This document shows, one piece after another, positions 29,644-38,616 of a stretch of DNA of 64,000 nucleotides (its first letter is position 1; each line of letters begins with the position of its first letter). The notes under the pieces are model-generated. The model was not told where the DNA came from, searched no databases, and worked only from the letters and a program-made list of their open reading frames with translations. Location: the NCBI GenBank assembly GCA_041937175.2, contig CP166615.1, positions 1,696,001-1,760,000 of the forward strand. The letters are read 5' to 3'. The DNA comes from Limnothrix sp. BL-A-16 (GTDB lineage: Bacteria > Cyanobacteriota > Cyanobacteriia > CACIAM-69d). The position numbers were made by a program, and so were the translations under genes.

Positions 29644-30987
29644 ATGGACTTGCTGGAGTATCAGGCAAAAGCCCTGTTTGCCGCCATGGGCATTCCGGTG
29701 CTGCCTTCCCAACCAATCGCCAGCTTGCAGGAATTGCGGGAATTGAAGATTCCCTACCCGATCGCCCTGAAATCCCAAGTGCGGGCCGGGGGGCGGGGGC
29801 GTGCTGGTGGGATTCGGTTCGCCAGCAACACGATCGACGCGGTGGCCGCCGCCCAAGCCATTTTCAGCTTGCCGATCGGGGGGGAATGTCCTGCGTTGCT
29901 GTTGGCGGAGGCCAAATACAACGTGGAGCAGGAGTTTTATCTGGCGGTGGCGCTGGATGACAACGCCCGGCGGCCGGTGCTGCTGGGATCCACCCAAGGG
30001 GGGATGGATGGCAAGCTTTCCGCCGGTACGGTGCATCAGGTGTTGGTGGATGGGGAATTTTCGCCCTTCTATGCCCGCCGTTTGGTGCTGAAGATGGGGC
30101 TGCGGGGCGACTTAGTGCCTTCCGTCAGCGAGATTGTGGAGCGGATGTATGCCCTGTTTGTCCAAAATGATTTGGATTTGGTGGAGATTAATCCCCTAGG
30201 GGTCGATCGCGCCGGGGGACTGATGGCCCTGGACGGCAAAGTCACCGTGAACGACAGTGCGATCGATCGCCACACGGAGTTGAAATGCTTGCTCAACGGC
30301 GTAGTGATGCCGCCCAGCCTCAAGCCCGTTTGGATTGAGGGCGGAACCGCGCCCACTCCGGCGGCCAATGCGGCCCATGGTGCTCAGGGGGCCGTGAACG
30401 GTCAGGGCAGCAATTCCACCAATGGCGATCGCAGCAAAAAGAACGCCAGCGCCTCGATCGGGATTGTTTGCAATGGCATGGGGCTAACCCTAGCGGCCTT
30501 GGATCTGGTTTGTCGCTTTGGGGGCAACGTGGCCGGGTTCATCAATGTGGGCTGGACCGTGGGCGGTGGCCGCCCCGAAACCCTAGAAGAGCGCCTCGAA
30601 CAGGCCTTAGCTAGCCTCAGCAGTCCGCACCCCATGCGGGTGGTGCTGCTGGATCTGTTGGGCAGTGCCATCACCCTGGATGGCGTTTTGGCAGTCATTC
30701 ACCAGTATGCCAAGCGCCATGGTTGGTGGCGACAGGAAACCCAACCGATGGAGGAACTACCACAACCCCTCACAACCACCCGCAGTGAAGGGGACTTGGC
30801 TGTGAATAGTTTGGCTAATAATTTGGCCCTGAATAAGGGACGGGGCCCCGCGATCGTGCTGCGGGTGTTGGGAGAACCCAGTGATGAAACGCGCGAGTTA
30901 ATTGAAAGCTTGCCGATTTCCCTAGCTGACAGCCTCGAAGCCGCCGCAAAACTGACGGCCGTTTTAGCCAGTGCTCCTCAGGCTTAG
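29644..30987 (+). CDS. sucC: Succinyl-CoA ligase beta subunit-like ATP-grasp protein
   Basis: MDLLEYQAK, KSQVRAGGRGRAGG, EINPL and ALDGKV motifs. Confidence 0.85.
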   Translation: MDLLEYQAKALFAAMGIPVLPSQPIASLQELRELKIPYPIALKSQVRAGGRGRAGGIRFASNTIDAVAAAQAIFSLPIGGECPALLLAEAKYNVEQEFYLAVALDDNARRPVLLGSTQGGMDGKLSAGTVHQVLVDGEFSPFYARRLVLKMGLRGDLVPSVSEIVERMYALFVQNDLDLVEINPLGVDRAGGLMALDGKVTVNDSAIDRHTELKCLLNGVVMPPSLKPVWIEGGTAPTPAANAAHGAQGAVNGQGSNSTNGDRSKKNASASIGIVCNGMGLTLAALDLVCRFGGNVAGFINVGWTVGGGRPETLEERLEQALASLSSPHPMRVVLLDLLGSAITLDGVLAVIHQYAKRHGWWRQETQPMEELPQPLTTTRSEGDLAVNSLANNLALNKGRGPAIVLRVLGEPSDETRELIESLPISLADSLEAAAKLTAVLASAPQA

Positions 30988-31001
30988 GGAGCTGGTTGAA
31001 A

Positions 31002-31074
31002 TGGAGAATAGCGGACTCGAACCGCTGGCCTCTGCGGTGCGATCGCAGCGCTCTACCAACTGAGCTAATTCCCC
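31002..31074 (-). tRNA. tRNA-Ala(CGC)
   Basis: GGGGAATTAGCTCAGTTGGTAGAGCG-CTGCGATCGCACCGCAG-AGGCCAGCGGTTCGAGTCCGCTATTCTCCA; CCA end not encoded. Confidence 0.96.
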
Positions 31075-31826
31075 GAGGCAATTGGCGTATCGGACATGGT
31101 AGCACCAATCGGCGGTTCGGGCCGTTCCCGACCGGAAAAAAGCCGCTGCACCCGATCGAGATCCAAGGTATTCAAAAAATCCACCACCCAATCGGCCCGG
31201 CGATGCACCATTTGGAATGGGTGACTAGTGGCCACGCCCACCACTTGCATTCCAGCAGCCTTGGCCGCCGCAATCCCCGGATAGGTGTCTTCGATCGCCA
31301 AACAATCTTGGGGTTGTAGATCCGGCCGATCGAGCTGCGATCGCAACTGGGCCACCGCTTGCAAATAACCATCGGGAGCGGGTTTGCTCTCTAGGCCCAG
31401 ATCACCCGTAATCAGCACGCTAAAGAACGATCGCAGCCCCGCTCGACTCAAAACCGTCTCCACCTCCGCCGCCAGGGCCCCGGTCACAATCCCCATGGGC
31501 AAACCCAAGGTGCGCACTCGGCTGCAAAAATCCACCACGCCCGGATAGATCGGCAGTTGGGGCAAGTGGGCCAGGCGATCGAGATACAGTTGCGACTTCC
31601 GGGCCACCAACCGATCGAGCGTGTCATCATCCACCATCCGCCCCCGCCGCGCCAGCAGATCCCGCAAACAGGCCCGATCGCTCCGGCCCAAACAGACCTC
31701 GCGGAATTCCTCCGAATCCGGCCGCAAATTTTCACTCAGCAACATCTCTTGCAGAAGTTGCCCGTGCAGCGGTTCGTCATTAATGATCGTGCCGTTAAAG
31801 TCCAGCAGAATTGCTTTGAGGGTCAT
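31065..31826 (-). CDS. HAD family phosphatase
   Basis: LLDFNGTII, SKPAPDGY and AIEDTYPG motifs. Confidence 0.88.
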   Translation of the reverse strand: MTLKAILLDFNGTIINDEPLHGQLLQEMLLSENLRPDSEEFREVCLGRSDRACLRDLLARRGRMVDDDTLDRLVARKSQLYLDRLAHLPQLPIYPGVVDFCSRVRTLGLPMGIVTGALAAEVETVLSRAGLRSFFSVLITGDLGLESKPAPDGYLQAVAQLRSQLDRPDLQPQDCLAIEDTYPGIAAAKAAGMQVVGVATSHPFQMVHRRADWVVDFLNTLDLDRVQRLFSGRERPEPPIGATMSDTPIASGN

Positions 31827-32003
31827 GGGCAATTGGGCAAACAACGGCCAACGGAGCCATTACCGATTCCCAACCTTGGAGCTGGATCCTCGGTGCGGAT
31901 TTGAGTCCTGAATCTTGGGAACGGGAATTGCGTCCTAAAAGTTTAGCGCCAAACCAGTACCCAACCGTTGAACACCAAAGACCAGGGCCCGATCGCCCGC
32001 CCC

Positions 32004-34298
32004 CTAGCGAGCCGCCGCCCCCAACAGCCGGGGCCGATCGCGCCGTCGCACCCGTTGCCACTGTTCCCGCAAAGCCGCCACATCCGCCGGCCGATCGCCA
32101 TAGCGCCAATCGCTGTAGGCCCCGGCCACCGCCGCCAACAGAGCCAGGCGATCGCCCGCGCCGGGGCCGCCCCCCTGCTGGGCGAGCCACTGTTCATAGG
32201 CGGCCACATATTCCAACGGTGTTTGCCAAGGATAGGCAGGGCAGTCTTCCGCTAGCCAATCGCGCACCTCCTGATACAACGCGGCGATCGGGGCTAACCG
32301 AGCCAATCGCCGTCGCCGTTGCCAATTGTGCCAACCCAACCACCCCAACCACAGGGCCCCGCCCACCACCAAGGCCAGGGCGATCGCCGCCAAAATGCCC
32401 GTCCAGCCCCCCGTTAACAAACCCAGCAACCGACCCACCAGCGCCAGCAGCCCCCCCAACACCCCTGAAATCACCCCATCCAGCCAATTGCGCAGGGGCG
32501 TGGGCAACCAACCGGCCACCCAAGCCCAGAGTTTTTCCAGGGTGCTGAAGGTTTCATTTTTCTCGATCGAGGGCGGAATCAAGGGATGGCCAGGAATCGG
32601 GTCAAAGCTATACCAGCCATACCCGGGAAAATAAACCTCCGTGATCAAATGGGCATCGGTGTTGTAAACCTCGTATAGGCCGGTGAAAGGATTGAACCGA
32701 CCCGGCGCAAACCCGGCCGCCACCCGTGCCGGAATCCCCAAACTCCGCAACATCAGGGTGAGGGTAGTGGGGAAATGGTCGGGATAGCCCCCTTGATACT
32801 GAAACAAAAAGCGATCGACCAAATCTTCACCCGCAGCCGGTGGCGGCAAGTCCGGTTGCACGGTGTAGGTTTGCTTCAGGGCTTGGGCTAAGAACAGCGC
32901 CTGCTCATACGCGTCATTGCGGGCATTGGGAGCCTTCGCGAGTAATTCTTGGGCCCGTTGTTGCAACTTGGGCCGCAGGGCCGCGGGCACATCGAGGTAA
33001 TAGTTCCGAATGAAGGGGGGATAGGTGCGGCGGGCCTGGCGCAGTCGGGTGCGATCGCGGTAGGCCACTTGGGAGATGACCGAGTAGGTTAACCCCTCAT
33101 CCAAAATGCGGGGCGATCGAATGCTGCCTTCCTTGTCGATCGCAATCCCTCGAGTCGGAAAAAACAGCTCCGTCGGTTGGGCCAGGGTGGGAATCAGGTT
33201 CGGCAGGGCCGAAAGCACCGTGTAGCTTTGCACCACCTCTTCAATTTGGGCCCGAGTTGGCTCCGGCGGAATCACAAAGCGATAGGACCAATCGGGCCGC
33301 ACCAGGCTTTGGGTATCGTCATTGCGGGAAATTTCCCACCCGCGGCCGGTGTAGCGATCGAACCCCAACACCCGCCAAAAGCCCGGCGACTGCGATCGCA
33401 CCCGCATCACCAAGGTGGGAACCAGTTGCCCCTGAAGGGTTTGATCGATCGTGCTGCTAAAGCCGTAATAGAACGTGTTGTCCGTTTGGCCGCGGCCTGC
33501 GCCGCTGGTTCCCCCGAGGGCTTGGCCATCTTGCCCATAACCGGGATTGCGAATCGATGCAGACTGATCCCGATTATCAAACATCTGATCCATCAAATTG
33601 GGCGGGGCCGTCACCGGGAACTGGCGCAGTTGGTAGCCCGGAAAACGCGGCAGCAGAGCAAAGACCACCAGCCCCAAAACCGCCACCACCCCAAACAACC
33701 GCGCCATCTGACCGGGCCGAATTAGCCCCGTGAGGGTGCGCCAATCCCGATCGCCCGGTTCCAACCCTAGGCGCGATCGATAGTCCAACACCAACATCGG
33801 CAGCGCCACCCCCACAAAGGCCACCAACACGGGCGCAAACAACATGGTTTGGCTGAGGGTTCCGGCCACCCCCATCAGAATCAGCCCGATCAGCATCGAG
33901 TAGCCCAAATCCTTGCGCCGGGGCAAGTCGAAGCAATGGAGCACTTGCAAATGGATCAGCAGTTCCGCCAAAACCAGGCGCGTATCGCCCAAATTGCCCA
34001 GGAGCGATCGAAAGAAAACGGCCAAGGCCACCAGCATTCCCGCCGCGATCGCCAGTTGCGCCCCCAGGTTGCGCCGCCGCCGTTGTCGCCAACTCCAGTA
34101 GGCCCCGCCAAAGCTGAGGGGAATGGCCCACCAACTGGTTTGGGTGCCAGCGGCCACATCGGTGGCCAAAATCCCGATCGCCACCAAAATTTGCACCAAA
34201 ATTCGCAGGGCGATCGACTCTTCCGGTTGCGGCCGGGGTTGATTTTGCCAAGTTTGCAGCCGTTGCCACCAAGCCTTCCTTGCCGCTTCCGAAACCAT
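32004..34298 (-). CDS. TgpA-like membrane transglutaminase-domain protein
   Basis: N-terminal TM helices, FWRVLGFDRYTG, GIPARVAAGF and EVYFPGYGWYSFDP motifs. Confidence 0.85.
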   Translation of the reverse strand: MVSEAARKAWWQRLQTWQNQPRPQPEESIALRILVQILVAIGILATDVAAGTQTSWWAIPLSFGGAYWSWRQRRRRNLGAQLAIAAGMLVALAVFFRSLLGNLGDTRLVLAELLIHLQVLHCFDLPRRKDLGYSMLIGLILMGVAGTLSQTMLFAPVLVAFVGVALPMLVLDYRSRLGLEPGDRDWRTLTGLIRPGQMARLFGVVAVLGLVVFALLPRFPGYQLRQFPVTAPPNLMDQMFDNRDQSASIRNPGYGQDGQALGGTSGAGRGQTDNTFYYGFSSTIDQTLQGQLVPTLVMRVRSQSPGFWRVLGFDRYTGRGWEISRNDDTQSLVRPDWSYRFVIPPEPTRAQIEEVVQSYTVLSALPNLIPTLAQPTELFFPTRGIAIDKEGSIRSPRILDEGLTYSVISQVAYRDRTRLRQARRTYPPFIRNYYLDVPAALRPKLQQRAQELLAKAPNARNDAYEQALFLAQALKQTYTVQPDLPPPAAGEDLVDRFLFQYQGGYPDHFPTTLTLMLRSLGIPARVAAGFAPGRFNPFTGLYEVYNTDAHLITEVYFPGYGWYSFDPIPGHPLIPPSIEKNETFSTLEKLWAWVAGWLPTPLRNWLDGVISGVLGGLLALVGRLLGLLTGGWTGILAAIALALVVGGALWLGWLGWHNWQRRRRLARLAPIAALYQEVRDWLAEDCPAYPWQTPLEYVAAYEQWLAQQGGGPGAGDRLALLAAVAGAYSDWRYGDRPADVAALREQWQRVRRRDRPRLLGAAAR

Positions 34299-34475
34299 GC
34301 CTGTTCCCCGGTCTTGCTTCAGCTATTCCCAGGATAATAGGTTGGCCAAAGATCCCCAGATCCTCAACCGGTCGATGCTCAAGATCTTCAACCAAAGGGT
34401 TTCGATCGGTCGGGTTTCAATCGGCAATCACAGGCACAATCACGATCGCGATCATGACCACGATCGCAACCCCCA

Positions 34476-35927
34476 TCAAAGGGCAATTTCAGGGGTTGGC
34501 TCGCGCGATCGCAACTCCGACGGCCCCGAGTCGGTTCCAGGGGGCACAGGGGCCGGCGTTTCTTCCGAGGCCGAGTTGGCTTCCGGATTAGGCCAGGGAC
34601 TCGATCGCCGCCGCACATAGAGATAGGCCGTCATTCGGCCGCGTCCCTTCACCGGTAAATTAGACCAACGCTCAAACTCGTAATGATCCTTCAGGTAGGC
34701 ATAGGTTGCCTCGGTCACCTGAATTTTGCCGGGAATCCCCTGGGACTCCATTCGGCTAGCCACATTTACCGTGTCGCCCCAAAGGTCATAGCTAAATTTT
34801 TTGATGCCAATCACGCCGGCCACCACCGCCCCCGTGTTGATGCCAATTCGCAAGGCCAGGGGCAGCCCCGTTTCTCGCCGCAGTTGATTAATTTCCCGAC
34901 GCATGGCGATCGCCATTTCCATGATGGTGAGGGCATGGTCAGGCCGCGGCACGGGAATGCCGCCGGCCACCATGTAGGCATCCCCGATCGTTTTAATTTT
35001 TTCGAGGCCAAATTCTTCAGCTAATCGATCGAACGCCGAAAAAATTCGATTCAACAATTGCACCAACTCCAAAGGCGGCAACTGCACCGAAAGGGGCGTG
35101 AAATCCACAATATCGGCAAATAAAATCGTGGCTTCTTCAAACCGATCGGCGAGGATTTCGTTTTCCATCGCCAGCCCATCCCCCCTTGCCAGGCGATCGA
35201 CAATGGCTTGGGGCAACACATTCAACAGCAACTTTTGCGTGCGGCTTTGCTCCTCGCGCAGGGCCGATTCCATTTGCCGCCGCTCCCGCACTTCCCGATC
35301 GAGCAAAAAGAGCTGATCTTGCAATAACTCCGCCTGTCGTCGCAAACGCTTTTGCAAACTGGCGGCCAACAGGGCGGGCCCCCGAAACAACGTGAGATTG
35401 CGGGCCCGCTCATGGAGTCGATCGAGCCGACTACGATCCAAATGCAACCGAATGCGCGCCAAAGCCTCCGCCGGTTCCAAGGGCAACAGCAAATAGTCCG
35501 CCGCCCCCGCCGCAAACAACGCGCCCCGATCGAGTTGCCCCGCCGCCCCCACGAGCACGATCGGGGTGTTTTGGTAAGGGGCCGCCGATCGCAACTGATG
35601 GCACAGCTCCAAGGCCGCCAACTCCGGCCAAGACCCCACCAACACCAAAAGCGGCTGGAGCCGAGCGGCCGCCGCCATCAACTCATCCAAACTCGCGGGG
35701 CAATGGGCTTCGCACCCTAACTCCACCACCACCTGGGCCAAGGCCTGAGCCAACTCCCGATCGGCAATGCCAATCAGAATTGGGCTACCGGAGGCAACCA
35801 CAGCCGAGCTTGTCGTTGGAGCATTCACAATAATCGCAGCGCCATGCGGCCGAAAACGATGCAGCCTGTCGTAACCATCAGTTACTAGGTAGGGGCTACA
35901 ACTCCGCACAGACCAAATCCGCCTCAA
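34476..35927 (-). CDS. Class III adenylate/guanylate cyclase with a receiver-like domain
   Basis: LFADIVDFT, KIKTIGDAYM and YDLWGDTVNVASRMES motifs; true start probably downstream of 35927. Confidence 0.88.
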   Translation of the reverse strand: MRRIWSVRSCSPYLVTDGYDRLHRFRPHGAAIIVNAPTTSSAVVASGSPILIGIADRELAQALAQVVVELGCEAHCPASLDELMAAAARLQPLLVLVGSWPELAALELCHQLRSAAPYQNTPIVLVGAAGQLDRGALFAAGAADYLLLPLEPAEALARIRLHLDRSRLDRLHERARNLTLFRGPALLAASLQKRLRRQAELLQDQLFLLDREVRERRQMESALREEQSRTQKLLLNVLPQAIVDRLARGDGLAMENEILADRFEEATILFADIVDFTPLSVQLPPLELVQLLNRIFSAFDRLAEEFGLEKIKTIGDAYMVAGGIPVPRPDHALTIMEMAIAMRREINQLRRETGLPLALRIGINTGAVVAGVIGIKKFSYDLWGDTVNVASRMESQGIPGKIQVTEATYAYLKDHYEFERWSNLPVKGRGRMTAYLYVRRRSSPWPNPEANSASEETPAPVPPGTDSGPSELRSREPTPEIAL

Positions 35928-36286
35928 ACCAGAGATTCAGAGGAAATTGCCCCCAAAATCCCGGTATTTCGTGGTCAAAATTCGGTAAATGATGACAACC
36001 GACCGCCACAGCGGCGATCGCCCCCCCAAAAGACAGACTGCGTGACAATACGCCGATTAAAGATGCACCAACGGTTTAGCTCCCTGAGGCCGCACTGTGG
36101 CATCAAGCAACCTTCAGCTCAGGGCTTTGAGCCAAAAGTATCTTGAGCCTTGAGCCAGCAACAAAGCTGCTGCGATCGTATCAAAATTCCCCCGAATCCA
36201 GGTTTCCTAGGCCCCACAAACCCCGGCCGGGCGATCGCAGGCTCCGTTGGCATAATGAGACCAACCGCGATCGTGAGGACTAACCG

Positions 36287-36994
36287 ATGATTGCCCAACC
36301 CACCCCCACTACGATCACGCCAGGGATTCAGCCCCCACCGATCGACTATCCCGACAGCGATGGCCAGCCCATGGCAGATAACACCAAGCAATTTCAATGG
36401 ATTCAGACCATTCAAAGCAATCTCGCCGCCATCTTTACCAACGATCCGCAAGTTTTTGTGGCGGGCGATCTGCTCTGGTATCCGGTGGAAGGGGACAACA
36501 AAACCCGCCAAGCGCCCGATGTGATGGTGGTGTTTGGGGTTTCCAAGGGCGATCGGGGTTCCTACAAGCAATGGTGTGAAAACAACATCGCGCCCCAAGT
36601 GGTATTTGAGATTTTGTCGCCGGGCAATCGCTTTGGGGAAATGCTGAAAAAGCAGGCGTTTTATGACACCTACGGCGTTGAGGAATATTACATCTACGAT
36701 CCGGATCGCCATGATTTGAGCATTTTGGGGCGATCGGAACGAGGCGATTTGCAGCTCCGGGGCGATCGCGCAGACGATTGGGTGAGTCCCCGGCTCGGGA
36801 TTCGGTTCCAAATGGGCGAAGACACCCTCACCCTGTTTCGGCCGGACGGTCAGCCCTTTTCCACCCTGGCGGAAGAAATCCAACGCACCGAACAAGAACG
36901 CCAACGAGCTGAGGAAGCAAACCAACGGGCCGATCGCCTGGCGGCCAAGCTACGGGAGTTGGGCATCGATCCCGAGGCGATCGAGTCGGATTGA
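36287..36994 (+). CDS. Uma2 family endonuclease-like protein
   Basis: YPDSDGQPMADNT, APDVMVV, FEILSP and GVEEYYIYDP motifs. Confidence 0.9.
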   Translation: MIAQPTPTTITPGIQPPPIDYPDSDGQPMADNTKQFQWIQTIQSNLAAIFTNDPQVFVAGDLLWYPVEGDNKTRQAPDVMVVFGVSKGDRGSYKQWCENNIAPQVVFEILSPGNRFGEMLKKQAFYDTYGVEEYYIYDPDRHDLSILGRSERGDLQLRGDRADDWVSPRLGIRFQMGEDTLTLFRPDGQPFSTLAEEIQRTEQERQRAEEANQRADRLAAKLRELGIDPEAIESD

Positions 36995-37008
36995 TTGGGT
37001 TATGGCGA

Positions 37009-37332
37009 TTATCCAGCGGCGAAATCAGTCAGGCGGCGGCGATAGGGCGATTGAAAACCCAACACGATATCGGTTTTGGGAACACCGAGGGCGAGTAATT
37101 CGGTGGCGATACCCAGTTCGGTGCCATCGCGTTCAATCCAGATTTTGCCGTCCTGCAACGTGACGTAGATGATGCAGCCAAATACTCGCTTGGAACCATC
37201 CCAGCCGATGTGCAGCAGTTGGTAGCGATCGCGCTCGGTGTCAAAAATTAGTTGTAGGTCGGTTTCACCCCGGCTCAATCCTTTGGTGGTGTGCCGTTTC
37301 AGCACATCTTGAACCAGTTGGCTGTAGTTCAT
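37009..37332 (-). CDS. xisI: XisI family protein
   Basis: DTERDRYQL, GKIWIERDGTE and GVPKTDIVLGF motifs. Confidence 0.9.
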   Translation of the reverse strand: MNYSQLVQDVLKRHTTKGLSRGETDLQLIFDTERDRYQLLHIGWDGSKRVFGCIIYVTLQDGKIWIERDGTELGIATELLALGVPKTDIVLGFQSPYRRRLTDFAAG

Positions 37333-37361
37333 TCCTTCCATAGCAAGTTGGGCTGATTGGG

Positions 37362-37616
37362 TTACGGCGGGTCGGGGGTGATCCAATCCGTGAGCGATCG
37401 CCCCAGGTAGGCTTCCAAAAAGGCGCGGGCGGCAGCGGGTTCGATCGCCTCTAGGGCTGCCACGATCGCTGGAATTGCATCTGCCTGGGGATCTTGGGTT
37501 TCGTTGAACCAATAATGCACGGTCGATCGGGCAATGCCCATGGTGACGGCGAGCCGGTTTTGGCTGATGCCGTAGTCTTGCAACGTTTGTTTGAGTGCTT
37601 TTCCTGCTCGCGCCAT
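37362..37616 (-). CDS. XRE-family HTH protein
   Basis: MARAGKALKQTLQDYGISQNRLAVTMGIARSTVHYW. Confidence 0.85.
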   Translation of the reverse strand: MARAGKALKQTLQDYGISQNRLAVTMGIARSTVHYWFNETQDPQADAIPAIVAALEAIEPAAARAFLEAYLGRSLTDWITPDPP

Positions 37617-37629
37617 ATCCCTAATGATC

Positions 37630-37935
37630 TCAAAGGGGGGCTGATCGCCGTTGGGCGAGCCATTGATCGAACGATCGGGCGCTTTCGCCGCTGCGTTTGC
37701 CGGCCAGCAGTCCGGTGATGCCGATATGTTCGTCGAGGTCGGGCCATTCGATCGCGTAGCCGTCGCCGAGCAATTGCCAATTTTGGCGTTCGGCGGGGGT
37801 GGCTTGTTGCAGGCGGGGATACCAGTCGAGGGGAATGGTGAGTTGGCGACCGTCGGCGAGGTGAATGGTGAAGGTGCGATCGTCAAAATCGATTTGCTGG
37901 GCTTGGGGTTCAATCTCCAAGATCAAAGTAGTCAT
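37630..37935 (-). CDS. DUF2442 family protein
   Basis: LADGRQLTIPLDWYPRL...IEWPDLDEHI motif. Confidence 0.85.
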   Translation of the reverse strand: MTTLILEIEPQAQQIDFDDRTFTIHLADGRQLTIPLDWYPRLQQATPAERQNWQLLGDGYAIEWPDLDEHIGITGLLAGKRSGESARSFDQWLAQRRSAPL

Positions 37936-38152
37936 GCCAGGCCTCAATCAGCTCGGGTTGGTGTTCTTGAACGAGTTTGAGAATGCGACTGATCTCGTGG
38001 TCAGCAAAGCCGAGGTTTTTGCTGGTTTCCACTGGATCGAGCCAAATCTTAATGAGTTGCCGATCGCGTTTGACGTGAATGTGGGGTGGTTCTCCTCGAT
38101 CGGAGCTGAAGAAGATGAAACTGTAGGGGCCGACTTGCAGAACGGTTGGCAT
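37910..38152 (-). CDS. DUF4160 family protein
   Basis: FFSSDRGEPPHIHV...LIEAWHDYF motif. Confidence 0.85.
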   Translation of the reverse strand: MPTVLQVGPYSFIFFSSDRGEPPHIHVKRDRQLIKIWLDPVETSKNLGFADHEISRILKLVQEHQPELIEAWHDYFDLGD

Positions 38153-38260
38153 TTTTAATCAATTGTCTAACGACTCAAGGGCGATCAGGTAAGGCGCTAT
38201 GGGAGGACGGTCGAATGGTTGCAAAACGGTTGATTGGTTCTCCCACGCACCACCGATCGC

Positions 38261-38575
38261 TCAGAGTTTGGGAATGCTGAAGGCTGAATCCTCAAGGGTG
38301 GATGTGAGGTCAAGGGTGTGGGATGTCGCGGGGCAGGGTGTTCCATTGCGCCAAAGTTCGTATTCACTCAGGTCGATATCTTCATTCCAAACCAGCGCAT
38401 GACCGCCTATTTCAATGTGGAAGCTTTTAAAGAAGGCTGGATTTTTGAGGAGTTGAAACGGGGTTTTGGCTAATAGGGGTGTGATGTCATATTGTTTGAT
38501 CTCGTGATTGGAAAATTGAATAATTAATGTGTGGCTATTGAGAGCTTTGGCGGCGATGATTTTTAGAATAGTCAT
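38261..38575 (-). CDS. Second DUF2442-like protein
   Basis: FSNHEIKQYDITPLL...LVWNEDIDLSEYELW motif. Confidence 0.75.
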   Translation of the reverse strand: MTILKIIAAKALNSHTLIIQFSNHEIKQYDITPLLAKTPFQLLKNPAFFKSFHIEIGGHALVWNEDIDLSEYELWRNGTPCPATSHTLDLTSTLEDSAFSIPKL

Positions 38576-38576
38576 G

Positions 38577-38609
38577 ATCAATGCCGTAAAAACGGTTAAT
38601 TTCGGGCAT
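38577..38609 (-). pseudogene. 10-codon N-terminal remnant of a DUF4160-like gene
   Basis: MPEINRFYGI lies directly upstream of the DUF2442-like gene. Confidence 0.6.
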
Positions 38610-38616
38610 GGATGAG

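Noticed and set aside
31002..31074. tRNA-Ala as an integration site
   Set aside because: No integrase and no duplicated tRNA 3' end seen in the window.
37362..37913. 183-aa and other extended ORFs in the TA region as fusion proteins
   Set aside because: The N-terminal extensions overlap neighbouring genes in other frames; the real genes start at 37616, 37332 and 38575.
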